Origin: a virus
Taxonomy: Duplodnaviria; Caudoviricetes
Strand: one strand, 5' to 3'
Virus record (IMG/VR): IMGVR_UViG_3300037400_003374
Location: 9,664 to 73,663 of that record
DNA: 64,000 bases
The position numbers and the translations under genes were made by a program. The notes beneath the pieces were generated by a model. It saw only the letters and a program-made list of their open reading frames with translations, searched no databases and was not told where the DNA came from. Shown one piece after another: positions 1 to 14,229 of this stretch. Numbering within the stretch: the stretch's first letter is position 1; every line of letters begins with the position of its first letter.

Positions 1-3000
1 TCTTGTACAGTTCCTTCTCCAGAGAGCCCTTCAGTAGCTTCTTCTAAAGCCTCAGGAACACTACTAGCATCACCTGTTATTGTCTATGTTATAGGCGTCT
101 GCTAACCAGCTTCTGCGTTTTCGTCTAGAGTTTCAGGTACGGTGTTTTCGCCAGCCTGAACTGTCTACTTCACCGTGTAGCCAATTTTTTCCTTCTACTA
201 ATGAATATCGGATAATAAATGCATCGTATCGGCATCAGGCTTGCTTGTGAAAAAGTTCTCTGGTTTATAATTTACTTTCCCAGTTTCAACATCAACTTCC
301 ATATCTACAACTGCAGAAGCTTTATATTTCATTGTATAAGTTAGCGTATTATTTTCATCTTCTGCATTTGTTGCAGTATCTGTCCATTCTTTTCCAGAAA
401 GCATAGAAGCAGTCTTAATAGCTGCCGCGATACCTTCTTTTGTAGTGGAAGTTACAGTGTAGTCTTCAACATGAGCTGTATATGTTACTTGGTCTTCTGT
501 TATATCTACTTCAACTGTAGCGTCTATAGCTCCATGATATGTGACCGCTCCAGTATCTAGGTTTATATCTTTTTTATCTCCAAGTAAGCCATCTAGCGTA
601 ATAGCAGCTTGTGCTTTTAAGGCCGTATCTTCATCTTCAAATTTTTTACCGTCAACTATAAATTTACCTTCAGAGTCGCGCTCTAGTACATAGCCATGTT
701 TAAGAGTAAGATGCCAATCGCCAACATCAATTTCACCCTCATATCCAGTACCGCTTAGCACTTCTTTCATCGAAGCTGCGATTTCTTCCTCGTTATAATC
801 TCCAGAAAGCATTGCTTTATATAAAGCTGCTAAGCTGGCATGATATAATTTAGCTTCTTTTTCAGTTAGCTTAGCTCCTTCTTTAGCATCTGTAAGCATT
901 TTTCGTAGTGATATGCCATTAATATTTACATTATCTAAAGCTTTATATAAATCTGAATCCTCACCGAGATCATTAGCCATAGATAGGATCTCTTCTGCTG
1001 CTGTTTGCATGCCGGCTTTCCATATTACATATCCTTCACTATCTACAATGAAATCCCCTTTATCATTAATTTCAAACATTTCGCCTAGATCAATACCATT
1101 GCCTTCTACATCAATATCTTTCAATTTTTCCATAGCTACAATGACTTCTAGCAACTGAATCATACTATCAAGGATTTCAATCTAAGTATCTGCGATTGCG
1201 TCAATGCCTTTATCAACTTTACTCTTCATAGAATTAGCTCCAGAAGCTAGGCTAATTCCAAATTTACTTAAATCAACTTTAATGCTTCCATCAGCAGTAA
1301 CTTTTAATGAGGCCGCACCTTTCTATATAGCCGCCGCGGCGGATTCCATACTACCATCTAATGAAATACCGGCCAACTCAATCGTCTATCCAGATACGCC
1401 TGCAATATGATTCATTTCATTAACAATATTGTACCAATCTTGATAAGCAATTGAACCTTTTTTAACACCAGTCTGTAATGCTTTCCAAGCCTTACCCCAA
1501 TTCTCAAAATAATTAAGAGGATTGTTCTAACCACTAGGAATAGCATTTTCCATAAACTTAAAAGATGAATCTTCCGTGGTTGCACGTTCTGCCTAAATTT
1601 CACGTAACAGATTTAATTCTTCTTGATACTATTTAATTTTAGTATCATCATAGGTTTCGCCTTTTTTGATTGCTTCGTATACTGCACTGATTTCATGCAA
1701 TATTTCTGCACGATCGCTCAAGCTATTAGCAAGAGCATCCTAATCTTTTCCGGCTGCATCTGCTAACTCAATAATTAATCCTAAATCTTTAGCATCTGCT
1801 TTTAGGATTGCATCTAAACTGCCATCTGTGCCGTCTATTAATTTTTGAATATATTTTGTGAGAGCACCATCATCTAATTTTTGACCATCTTTCGTGATAG
1901 GTGTAATATTCATTACCCAAGGTATATTAGTTTTATAATTACGAGAATCTTCTGTTGCTGTAATTAATGTAGAATAACTTCCATCTTCATTATTCAAAAT
2001 GGGACGGTTGTATAAATCTACATTTCCATTCATAGATTCAAAGAAGTTTTTATATTGACCATAACCAGCAGCGTCGGTCGCTTTTGTAGCTAACTCTTTC
2101 TATAATTCCGTGGTTCTTGCCGCTGATGCAGTTACTGATTTAAAATTCTCATTCGTTTCAATGAGTGATTCTTTTAAATCTTTAAATATTATCTAGCCCT
2201 AAATGCTATCAATATTTTTCATAGTATTATATAGCTACAACGCTGAATCATTAGCTAACTTTAAACCATCAGTTGTCTCAGTAAAATCTAATTTTCCAAG
2301 CCCATGCTATGTTGCCCATTCCTATAATTTAAAAGCATCTGTATTCTTTAAACTTCCAGAAATACCACCAGTGATTAAAGAAGTAATTTGAGATAGCGTA
2401 TCTGCAATCGCGTCAGCTAATTCAGCAAGCTATTCTGGTATAACCGCACCAGCTTTCGCAGCAACATTGGCTACTTCAGTAATTATCTATGTAATATCTG
2501 CACCGAATTTTGCCATTTTATTCGCATCAAAAGCTACAACGCCATCTTGAATTATTTGACCATATTTGCTTATTATAGCGTTAAAGGCCGGACCAAGTGT
2601 TTTCTATAAATAAGAAACATTAATAGCTTTACCAGGCTTAGCATCTGCCAACCCTTTAATCTAATTAGCAACATTTTCAATAATATTATTACTGCTATTA
2701 TAGAATTCAACCATAGAATCGGCATACTTATTAAATGCTTCCTAATATTCTGGTGTACCTTTAAGTATTCCAAGGTCTCCCGCAAAAGTGTCAAAGTCAA
2801 AAATACGAATGCCGCCGAGGCCTGTTAAGCCAACAGTACCTTCCTTAACAAGCTTAGGCAGTTCCTCTTCTAAATTACGGCCAAGTTTATTAAATAACTA
2901 CGCTAATGTATCAAACGACATGTTCGCAGCATTCTCTAATGCATTCATTATATTCGTATTTTTCTAATCACGGGCCGTTAACATTTTAGCATAAGCATTG

Positions 3001-6000
3001 TTTAGATCGGTAGTAGTCCTAGCGGCATCTTCTTTCATCCTATTATAAATAGCAGCATAAGCCTTAACCATATCAAATGCCGAATTTACCACGCCTGCTT
3101 GGTCAGCCATACCTAAAGAAACTAAAGCTTGTTTTAATTGCCCAGTAACAGTTTGCATTGGAGTAACATCACTAAGCGCATTAAAGGCATCATTCCAACT
3201 TTTAAATGCATGTGAATAAATTTCTGTTAACTAATCTTCGGACAAATCCGGTTTTATTTCTTTTGCCAGTTTAAAGGCTCTTCCGCCACCTTCTAAAAGT
3301 ACTGTTATAGCATTTTGTGCGGATTGCTATGCCTTAGCTACCGATTGCCCCATTAACTCATAATAAGCTTGAAGCTACCGTCCAAATTTATCAACATCTT
3401 TTTCTGTTTTTTCGCCTGATAAGAATCCATTAATGTCAAGATTTTTACTCGTCAAGTCGATAGTATTAGCTTTAATCCACTATTCTACTTCAGTTTCTTG
3501 AAGTACACCATAAGCTTGTAAATTTTCAGCCTATAATCGTACATACTCGTTAATAATATCTGGTGAAATAGTAAAAGCTTCTAATGCTTCATCATAATAT
3601 GAAATCTATTTTGTTGTAAGATTTTTACCACTAAGCTAATTATAAGAATCTACAAATGTTCCAATTTCTGCAAAATTATTAGTTCCAGTAGACAATAAAG
3701 ATACGCCTTTAGAAATATTCTATAGATAAGAATCGGCAATTTCACTAATTTCTTTCTAAAATAATTCATTAACATCATAGCCTATTGCGGCTAATCTCTA
3801 ATTAAGAGCGGCTAAATTAACTTTATTTCTACCCCACTCATCAGGAGTAATATAATCACGAATATTAATCCCTAGGCTCTCAAATGCTGTTGAGAAAGTA
3901 GCAATAGACTCTTCACTAAGATTTTCGTAATTTTCAACTACACCTTGAATGGCATTATACTTTTTATTATTAATAGAAGTTTTTAGATTATTTACTCTAG
4001 CCAATAGCTACTAATATTCTTCTGAATGCTTATCAATGTTTGGTAAAGCATTTACAAATAATAAAATACTATCAATATCTTTTTGGCTATTTACAACAAA
4101 TTCTTCCGTCCATTCGTTATATTCAATGCCTAAGCCTCGTAAGTCTTGAATAATATTATCTGGATTAGCCCCCCAAGCGGCAGCAAAGCTTTCTGCATCA
4201 GCTAAACTAAATCTTTCTGAAATTATCTTGGAAATACCGGTATATTGATTGCGTTTTGAAGCAGTAGATTTTTTTATCTAATTATAAACACTCTATAAAA
4301 CATCCTTTCCTTCGCCTTCATATGCCTTAATAGATTCTTCTAACAATAATAATAAAGCATCTCTTCTAGCTTCATTTTCAATTACCATTGTAGCGTCAGT
4401 AGCTTTAGCTCCTAGTGCTGTTTTCATAGAATCAGGCAGAGAATCAATTCTAACTTCCGTGCCGATACTTGCCTCAGAGAGAGCCTTTAACTATTGAGCA
4501 ATCTATTTTCCTTTATTTTTTTGCTCTCTATCACTAATTCCCTTATCAATATCATCAGAGACAATTTTTCTAAATTGCTCAGTTTCATCTAATGCAGTTA
4601 ATCCTAGCTTTTCAGCCAAGAATTTTAATGCTGCTTGTGCACTGACGCCGGCTTTTAATGCCCATACTTCTCCATTAAATTTAAAATAGTCATCTAAGCC
4701 TGTTACTTCGCCATTCGCATTTACGAATGCTTTGTTACCTGTAGCATCTACAAAACTATTTAGTTCTTCCGCAGTAAAACCATTCTCAAATTTATTTAAT
4801 AAATCACGCTATTTTCCAGCATCAGTTGTTTTATAGCTTTCTTCCGCTCGTTTTTGTATGTCTTCAGCAACTTCATCTAACGTTCCCGCTCCAGCTTTAA
4901 TTAAAGTAAGAATCGCCTTCCATACACCATCTGCTGCGCCAGCTATATCAGCAGTTGAGGCTCCTTCTTGAAGATTGAATGATTCAGTTAATAGAAGCTA
5001 TTCCTATTCTGTTAATGCTTCCCAAACTAAATCGCCTGAAGTAATTTTATCATAAAGACTAGTTAAACTTTCAAAACGAGCGCGTTCGCCTTTAGATTTA
5101 GAAACCTAGTATTCTTCTCCAAGGCCCCAATACTTTAGCTAAGCATTATATTCATCTATTTTTCCTTGAATTAATAAAGGATATACTGTATCAAAATATT
5201 GATCAATCTATTCCGCAGGAGATAATTTTTCACCCGCCTTTCTTTCACTTCTAGCAACTTTCTATAAATATGCCTTTAATTGTTCTTTCTATTGTGATGT
5301 TCCTTTCCCAGCAACAATAGAAGTATAATCAAACGACTACAAAGCCATTTTAATCATATCTTCTGACATGCTTTCAAGTGCATCTATTTGTTCTTGTAAT
5401 TCTGTAGTATGCGTTTTTAAATACTCGGTTATAAATTCATTCCAAGACTTCCAAGTTTCTTCATCCTAGGCATTAAAAGCATCAACCAGCTACGTATATT
5501 CAAGCCAATAACGATCAAGCTATGCTTTATCTTTGGAATCATTTGGATTTAAATTGAATGTTTTAGCAAATTGATTCTTTAATTCAGCCTATGCATTCTC
5601 TATCTCTTTCGGCGTACCTAATTCTTTATTTCCATTATAACTAATTGCCATATCCTCCAATTGGTTAGAGGAATCTAATAAAGCAGGCCCTAAAATGAGT
5701 GAATAATCTTCAATAGACTTGTTAATATTACTTATTTGATCTTTATTTTGCTATTCTAATGCCGCCATCTCAAGCTAAAAAGCCTAAGAAGTCTTAATAT
5801 ATCCTTTAGCTTCTTTATCATATGTATATAAATCTTTAAATTGTAATTTTTTATCTCTATTAGCATCAATTAATGCTCTAGCTTTCTTTAACGCTTCATG
5901 ATATTTAAAGACCTTCGTCATATCGTCAATAGAATTGCCGATAGAAGTAGCTGTTTCTTCTGCTTCAGTAGTAAGCTATTCTAGCTAAGTTGCAGCGCTA

Positions 6001-9000
6001 ATAGCCCAATGAGAAGCCGATTCAGTAAGAATATTAGAAACTCCTTCAAATTCTGTACCCATCTCACTAAGCTAAGTTGCTGCAGATTGTAAAGCTACTG
6101 GATCAGATAAGTCCAAATCCTTTAAAACAGAAAAAACTTTAAGCTATTTATCCCACGATAGTCTTCCAATTCCTTCCTAACCATATAACTATTCTAATAC
6201 ATGGCGATAAACGTCCGCTTGTGCATACTACTAATTATCTATTAGTGACTAATACTAAGCCATATCTGAACGGAAAGTAGGAATCAACGCGCCAATTAAT
6301 TCATTCTAGTCACCGGCACCATTATACAAGGCTTTAAATGTATCATTATCTAAACCTGCGGCCTTGAGCTGCTTATCTAGTCCTTCAATTTCTGCATCTC
6401 TTATTTCCTATAAGTGTTTTTCTAAACTTATACCATATGTTGTAAAAAATTTACCTGTCTTCTCTTCTCCTAAATAAGAAGCTATATCATCAACACTCCG
6501 GAACTAAGAATAATCTAAATTTAAAAGTTTATTTGCACGATCTTCATTCTTTAATAACCAGTCCTCAAATTCTTTCATAATCTCTTCATCTGGTAAACTA
6601 GTTCCCATTCCAGAATAAATAAAGGACATTAAAGAAAGATATTTCTATAATTTCTCAGCATTCTCTTTTGATTGCTCGTCCTATTCCGCTAAATCATGTA
6701 AGCGAACTTCTATTCCTTCAGAAATTTGCGCATGCTGCAAAGCAGTATTTGCAGCCGTAATTGCAGTCTCGGTTTGATCATATAAACTCTCGGCATAAAT
6801 TTTGACTTTCTTAGCTAAATCTACTAAATCTAAAAATGATTTGCCCAGAAGGTCTTTTTCAGAAGAAATTCCAACAGCACTTAAAATATTATCATTAGGC
6901 ATATTGGTATTATATGTACTAATTGCGTTCCATAACATACTTGCTATTTCATCTTTCCACTGCTCATCTATTAAATTAGATTTACCAGATTCAAGGTACC
7001 CTTTCTCATCAATCCATTTTAATATTTTATTTTCATTATCTTGATAATATTCTTCTACAGCTCCCTCTCTTAAAAGTGGACCTAGCTCATCTAATTCTTC
7101 TATTCCCTTGTGATCTTCTAGAAACTTCATATACTCTCGTACTAAAATTTCCTTATATGGCATAGTATTGTCATACTATTTCTAATAGTCATTTGTAGTA
7201 GTAAAAAGGCGAATCTAAGCTGCTGCAGCCTAAGCTACCATATCATTAATTGCTTCAGAAGTAATACTGTCTTTAAACAAACGACGAGCGTCTCTATATG
7301 AATCTAACTCTTTCGTCTCTGATTCCAATGCTGCAACTGTGCTTCGAGCTGTTTTTAAACGAACTTCCGCGAGTGCTTCCTCTAATGTAGTCGTTTCTAT
7401 AATAGCATTATTTGCCGCATCAATAGTACTCACATATTCAGGATAAGAGCTCTTTAGCTAATTCATATAATCGACATATTCTTGTTCAGCTTCTACAGAA
7501 TCATAACGTGCATCTTTTAGCTATTGTAATTTAGTTAGAGACTATTCTAATGATTTTTGCTCTGCCTGATCCTTCGCCAACTTCTCCTAAGACTACTTGA
7601 GAGCTTTTTCTCTTAATTCAATTTCTCTCGCTAGATTTCCATGATACTACTGAAAGGCTGTAATAAGTGACGGCAGCGCTGTAGCAATTCCAGAAATTAA
7701 TCCTGATAGTGCACCTACCCCGGTGCCTAAACCTGGTACAACGCTACCTAAAGCGGCTCCAGAAGCCATACTGCCCAATATCTAAAGTTCGGCACCGAAT
7801 TTAGTCTTTCTTGCCGCACTACGATCCTAATCAATTGACGTGCTTTTTCCATAATCATTCGCTCCACCTATAACTAAGCCTGCACCAGCCAATGACATGA
7901 GCTATCCTACCATTTGACCTACTCGCGACATAAGCATTTTAAAACCGCCGTTCTAAGTGAAATTATTCCAAAAGCCCGTTCCAGCTTCTTGTCCTTTATT
8001 CCTGATGGCTAAAGCCAGTCTGTCAATCATACTTAAAGTATACTGTTCCGCACTTGCTCCAGCCGTCTGCAATGAAGTCTAAATATTAATAATAATATTC
8101 TATAACGCTGCTTTTATAATAGAGATTAAACTAGCCGCAACTGCAATTGCCTAAGCAGGAATTTTTCCAAACAATTTAGGCATACTATTTGCAGCACTAA
8201 TAACATTGGTAATAGTATCAAGTATTCCACGATATAAAGTCTCTATTCCAGAACTAGTATAAAATTCTTGGATTGTCACTTTCATTTTTTCAATCTTAGC
8301 ATCAATTGAATCTAGTGTTTTTAATGTCTATATTTCACCTGTTCCTTCAGAGTTCAGCGCAGTCTAAAGTGCTTTTTTGTATTCATCAACATTACTAACC
8401 AACGCTAAGAAACGAGATTGCTATCTATTACCAGCCATCAAAGTAGCAATATAACGCTAAGATAATGAATCCAATGAATCCCATTTTTCCATTAATTCAA
8501 GTATTACATCATCAAAATTACGGAACTAGCCCGTAGTATCGTGAATGGTAATGCCAACAGTTTGCAAAGCTTTATCAACTCTATTAAGGCTCATTTCTTC
8601 GCCTTCAGAGTCAACTGTTTTACTAGGATCACTTGTCATTTCACCATAACGAGAAATAACAGATTTTAAAGCAGTACCAATATTGGTAGCGGATTCACGA
8701 GTAGTAGCAATCATAGTTGACATCATTGCACTAGTTGCTTCGAAACTCGCGCCTACAGCTTGAGCCGATGCAGCGGTCTTACTAATAGCAACAGCAATTT
8801 CTTCAGTACTGGAAGCTGTTGTTGCTGCTAATGCGCTAAATACGTCTGTAACATGAGCAGCATCTGTCATTTCAAGTTTAAAACCACGAATAGCAGTCGT
8901 CATATAGTCTGCAGCAGTAGCATAATCCAAACCAGCGATACGAGCCATTTTTAAAGTTTCAGTAGTCAATTCCATTACATCACTTTGCTATAGGCCCTAT

Positions 9001-10880
9001 TGATAATAAATCTATGATACTTCGTAAACACCCTTAATAGCAACACCATACTGACGAGCAATTTCACTATATTGACTAATCTATCTCCATAAATCTTCTT
9101 GAGAAAACTAAGTAACGACGGAAATGGAGGTCATAACAGTATCTAGTTCTTGAATATGCTTTTTCATATCATTAATTGCTTTCTTTGTCATATTCAATAC
9201 TTGCCAGAAGCCCATCCAACGATTAACCGCCATTGATACATTACTAAGAGCATTCTATTTTTGCTGCAATTTGTTTAACGACTAAATATAGCTTTCAATT
9301 CTATTTTTCGCTTCATCTACTTCAGGCTTTGGAATAGGTGTTTTACTAGCTGCGACATCATTATATGCTTTTGCTAATTTTTCTATAACTGCTAATAGCG
9401 CCTAAACTGCATCTTCTGTCGTTCTTAATGTATTAGGAGACGAGCCTTCAACTTTTAAAAAAGTAGAAATTGCATTCGTTAAATTCTGCCATGCTACTGT
9501 AGCATTGGGGAGGTCAGTGCTAATCATACTAGCTTTTGCAGTTTCCTATGCAGAAGCATAGCTTGTTAACGCAGTCTCTAAATTTTTATATATATCTGTC
9601 AATTTCTATCCAGCAGTAATATCATCAACGCTAAATCCAGCTGTTTTCAATTGAACAGTGTCAATATTCATAGACTTAAGTGCACTGCTAATTTTATTCT
9701 AAAGATCTTTAACTCCAGTTTTGGAAACAACTTGTTCGCCAAGCCCGGTAAAGACATTTGTTAATTCAGTAGAAATATTAGCTCTCAATCTAGAAAATTT
9801 TATTTTTTCACCACCAAGTTTACTTAGTGCATCAGTTAACTTGGAATTTAATCTTTCAACACGAGCATCTATATCAGTTTCACTAATCCCATCAAAAAGA
9901 GTTTTGGGATCAATTTCTGCTGCAGCTAACGCTTTTTTAATTGCATCAGTACCCATTAAACTTTTAAAATCCGCATCTGTGTATTTTGTCCCTGAAGGGC
10001 CTATACTTGTTAATGCTTTCTAAACTTCTGCCTCTTTACCTGTAATAAGGTTAATCTATGTTTGATATTCCTCTTCAATCTTCTCCGTCTTTGTTCTAAT
10101 ATATTCACTAATATCAGTTGTATCAGTTACTACAAAACTCTTCGTTTTATCCGAAATCCCTTCTAATGTTGTAGACAACACTGCCAATTTCGCATTTGCG
10201 TCGGCTAATTCTTTAGGATCAACTATATTTGTAGTAATTCCCTTTGTATTCGCACCAACAGCGGCCTAAACATTTGCTAGACCAGAACCACGAATTGTAG
10301 CAATAGAAGTATCTAGCTATGCAATATTCTACTTAATATCATTAACTTGCTATTTAGCTTCTCTTGCTGCTTCTATTAATCTATCTTTCAACTCACTAAA
10401 AGTAAGCTTAGAAACATCACCTTTTAATGAAGAAATCTAGTCTCTTAAATTCTGTATACCATTAATAGATGATTGATCTACAAAAGCAACAGCAGAACCA
10501 TTTTTCATTTGCTCCAAACTTGCTTGTAATCTATTAATCTGTTCAATTGCTTTATCAACAGTATCTTGGTCTGATACTGAGAATTTGATATCTTCAAATC
10601 CAACATTCCCCATCTTAGTCTTTACGGTAGCCAATGTATCCAACATTGTCTAATATTCACGTAAAAAACTCTAAGAGCTAGAAGACGTCTAAAAAGCGCC
10701 TTTTAATTTACTACTCAATTTATCAACCGAGTCTGTAGCCTTTGATAGCATTCGGTCCATGCCTTTGAAACTATCAGAATCCAATTTTACGCTATTCTAT
10801 AATAAGGTACGTAATTCTTGAATCTATTGTCTAGCGGCATCCAAACCTAGTCGTACTGGAAATTCAATACTCTAACTCAT
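1..10880 (-). CDS. Tail tape measure protein (>3,626 aa, runs off the window end; TAG read as Gln)
   Basis: Eight ORF-track fragments (10437-10646, 9699-9956, 8526-8975, 7230-7433, 6681-7163, 3798-4004, 2964-3158, 1740-2033) plus 198-1163 share one frame; the fragment ends and intervening stretches I checked contain only TAG stops. ATG at 10880 has an AGGAG RBS. Fragment 8526-8975 resembles the TP901-family TMP core (DYATAADYMTTAIRGFKLE...DVFSALAATTASSTEEIAVA...NIGTALKSVISR). The whole frame was spot-checked only. Confidence 0.9.
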
Positions 10881-10910
10881 ATAAATTCACTCTCCTTTTA
10901 TCCCATAAAA

Positions 10911-10950
10911 TAAAAAAAGAGCCACTTTCTTATCCAAGAAAGTGGCTTAT
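10911..10950 (-). terminator. Intrinsic terminator upstream of the TMP gene
   Basis: GCCACTTTCT/AGAAAGTGGC inverted repeat followed by a T-run on the minus strand. Confidence 0.75.
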
Positions 10951-11816
10951 ATATCAGCATCTAGATCCTCACCCAAATGCTAAATTTCAACTATTAAATC
11001 TTTATCATCGCCGACAGTCTCCGGCAATCCTATTATATCAAACGCGGACACTGTTGGATCAGCCCTTTCTCCCAATCGTAAGTTAATATCGCTTACAATC
11101 CTCACCTTGGGCATATACAAAATATTCGTATAATTTTTGCCCTCATTTTCGTCTTTGGAATAAAATTTCCCTTCCAAAGTGAACAATCCATTGAAGCGTT
11201 CTTTCTACAATGTATAAGAAATTGCTTCATTCCCATACTCATAGTAGTAATCTACTACATATTTTTTATCAGTGTCTGCGAGAGTTTTCAAATTTTTATC
11301 TTCATACAATTCTAAGCAAGGTCTTTCGCCGCCAAACCCATCAGATTTGCCAGTGATTCTTTTGCCATAAATTTTATGTTGAACAGCGTCTCGCGCATAA
11401 TCAAAAATAAATGTTTTCTTGCGTTCATTCCCGACAGGCCAATGTTCTAAAAATAACTAATGCTAATCATTTAATTCCATTGGGCCTTCTGTCTTATGTA
11501 TCAAAATAGGCTTATTTCCACCTTTCAATGCTACTTTTGCGCCCAAAAGTATACCGAAACCAAACTAAGATACAACGCCTTCAGACATTTGGAAACGAAT
11601 CTCGGAACGATCTTGCCATATTACTTTAGGCTAATTCAGCCAGCCTCCACGCGCATAGACTTCTTTGCTTTGCTCTGAAAGCATTGACATAGCAATGTTC
11701 TAGAAATATAACACTGGTTCGTCAGCTTCAATATACCGGTCGCCAAATTGCATAGCGGTTTTTGCGCGAAGAGTAACTTCATATAGTTCTTTAATACCAA
11801 AATATTGTTCAATCAA
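10947..11816 (-). CDS. Tail-tube-protein paralog (289 aa, TAG read-through)
   Basis: TTG start with a GGTAGGTG RBS. The N-terminus (EQYFGIKELYEV...VLYF.NIAMS....VYARGGWLN.PKVIWQD) parallels the adjacent major tail protein (DKYGIKEVANV...VLFLDTLKVS....VAAQGGWGNPKLVQWD). Confidence 0.75.
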
Positions 11817-11832
11817 AGGTATCACCTACCTT

Positions 11833-11870
11833 AAAAGGAAAAGCCCTAGAAGCTTACACTTCTAGGGCTT
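11833..11870 (-). terminator. Intrinsic terminator after the major tail gene
   Basis: AAGCCCTAGAAG/CTTCTAGGGCTT hairpin with a T-rich tail on the minus strand. Confidence 0.75.
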
Positions 11871-11876
11871 GAATTA

Positions 11877-12929
11877 TTAAGGATTATCAGAATTACTTAC
11901 CGCAAGAGAACCAACGTCATTTCCGACAGACTGATCAGTGCCACTAGTAACATTATAACGAACAAGCTTCATCATTTCATCGCCATCACGGAGTACGTTA
12001 AGAGTCATTTCAAATGTGGAAGGATCACCTTCAGCCTGTAGAGTTAGAGTTACATTGCTCTGAACCTTAGCCTTATTAATAATGAACTGGAAGGGTTCAT
12101 CACGGCCAGTCTTTTCAGAACGAATCAAAGTATCACCAATAACTTTATAGGTACCAGGGAAAGTATCAGGAGAAATTGTGACTTCAACAGCATCTTCTTT
12201 CTCAGAGCTGGCGCCAGCTAATTCAGTTTCCCAGAAAATACGAATTTTATCGCCAGGAGCGGGATCAACTTGACTAACACCAGCTTCTGGATTAGTAAAT
12301 TTAACTTTATTACCTGTCGCAGCGATAGTACCGGATGTTAGCTGAGTACGAGTACCCGCAGCAAGACTAGGCTTACCTACATTATTTTCGCTTCCGCCAT
12401 TAGTAGTTGTTGTATAAAGGCCGCCACCTAAGTTAATCAACTTAACAGGATGAGCAGTAGAAGCCACAATAGCAGGTCCATGCTTAGAAGTATCGCTAGA
12501 AGTTGGTGTTACGCCATCAAATGGGATACCAGTAATATGATCTACAGGAGCATCAAAGCTACCATCAGCTTTAACTGTCACTTCTTCTGTATGCCGTACA
12601 ATTACAGTATTATGCTTAGCAGAATCTGGACGTTTAATAGAACCACCCATCATGAAACGAAGAGATTCAAGAGACATGAGAGCATCTTCAAGGGTAATAT
12701 TAATTTCCTTGCCATAATCCCACTGCACTAGTTTAGGATTGCCCCAACCACCCTGTGCAGCTACGTTTTCTGCTGTTGTTTCAATAGTAGAAACCTTTAA
12801 AGTATCAAGGAAGAGCACGATGTCGCCCTTGTACACGCCGGTCTTAAGATCGTCGTCTAGAGCCTCAAAATATACGTTAGCAACTTCCTTAATGCCATAC
12901 TTATCAAAAATATTAACATTATTAGCCAT
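11877..12929 (-). CDS. Major tail (tube) protein
   Basis: 350-aa uninterrupted ORF between the neck genes and the TMP, with a tail-tube-like beta-rich sequence and a GGAGG RBS. No TAG codons. Confidence 0.8.
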   Translation of the reverse strand: MANNVNIFDKYGIKEVANVYFEALDDDLKTGVYKGDIVLFLDTLKVSTIETTAENVAAQGGWGNPKLVQWDYGKEINITLEDALMSLESLRFMMGGSIKRPDSAKHNTVIVRHTEEVTVKADGSFDAPVDHITGIPFDGVTPTSSDTSKHGPAIVASTAHPVKLINLGGGLYTTTTNGGSENNVGKPSLAAGTRTQLTSGTIAATGNKVKFTNPEAGVSQVDPAPGDKIRIFWETELAGASSEKEDAVEVTISPDTFPGTYKVIGDTLIRSEKTGRDEPFQFIINKAKVQSNVTLTLQAEGDPSTFEMTLNVLRDGDEMMKLVRYNVTSGTDQSVGNDVGSLAVSNSDNP

Positions 12930-12946
12930 AAAAGTTACCTCCTAAA

Positions 12947-13726
12947 TTATGACTCGTCGCCATCAGCAATAGAGCGCATCCAATGCTTGAGTTGCGACTT
13001 TTCAATTTTTGCGCCAGCTAATGCCGCACGCTAATTTATATTAAACTAATCACGCCACCCCATCCGCTTGAGTTGATCATGAAAAGCGTAATAACTAATA
13101 TCCCAAATATTTATAATATTTAGGCCACAATCATTTAATGTTGCGCTTGCAACTAAATCTGAAAATTTTAAATCAGTTCCGTCTTGCTTTGCTTTCTTCG
13201 CTTTCGCACGACGGAGCTTCTCGCGTCGATCCCGCTACTGCCGCTTAAGACGTTTAGTAATTTCTGGGTCATCATCATAAATGATGATTTCGTCCTCTTC
13301 AGATTCTAGGAAACACATTCTACGTATTATATGCTAAAAATCATAGTATTTGCTTTCAGATAATATGTGTTTTTCAGCAATTGGACCTATAACAATTTGT
13401 GCTGGGTCTAAAGAAAATATTGCATCTTCATGTGTAAAAAACTTAAATCCTTTTTTTAATAAAGTATGAATTTGAGGGTCTAAATTCGCCATTAGTAAAA
13501 TATACTAAAAGTCACTTAATTTAGACATTAGTTCTTTTAATTCCGCATCTTTGTCATACTATGTTGTAGGTTTAGTTGCGGTTAAAACACTTACATATTT
13601 CTAAAAATTCTCATATCCCTCGTCAACAATTGCACCAATTGTTGGTGGGTAAATAGCGCAAATATCTTCAACGAAAATGGGGGATCCTTTTAAAAATTTT
13701 AAAACCTCATCGTCAGTTAAATTCAT
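12947..13726 (-). CDS. Hypothetical tail-assembly protein (259 aa, TAG read-through)
   Basis: MNLTDDEVLKFLKG...KHWMRSIADGDES*; continuous when TAG=Gln; lies in the tail module. Confidence 0.65.
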
Positions 13727-14219
13727 TAATTTTATATACCATTGAATAACCCCCAATCCAAGGACTGAGAGTTAATGCGTCTGCACGATAAAATTGTAAT
13801 GTACCAATGCCTGCCATTTTTGCTTCATTGAACATTTGGTCAATTTCTTGCATAATAAGGTATGGCCGCAAAGACTGTTCATCTAACAACCATTCCTCAT
13901 ATGGGCAGGCAATATCAAAACGAATTGTTGAGATTTTAAATTCAGGATTTAGCTAATTAACTACGAAATTACTGAATAGCGCCGTTACGTAAGACATTTT
14001 TTCAGTACTCTCATCAAATATCTTAGGCACAATCAATATCTACTTATTAATTAAATCCGCCCCATCCACATCAGGATATTTTTCTTTATTAAAAGGATCA
14101 CGCACTTGATATTTCAATAAACGACATAGTCGCTAGCTAGACATTAATTTATTTGCTATTTTAAAAGTATTTGTACCCATCACGGCAAAGCGGCGCTAGC
14201 CATATTCAGTTTCTGCCAT
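13713..14219 (-). CDS. Putative tail terminator/completion protein (168 aa, TAG read-through)
   Basis: MAETEYG(Q)RRFAVMG...RPYLIMQEIDQMFNE...GIGTLQF; continuous with TAG=Gln; position just upstream of the tail genes. Confidence 0.6.
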
Positions 14220-14229
14220 TTAACTCACC

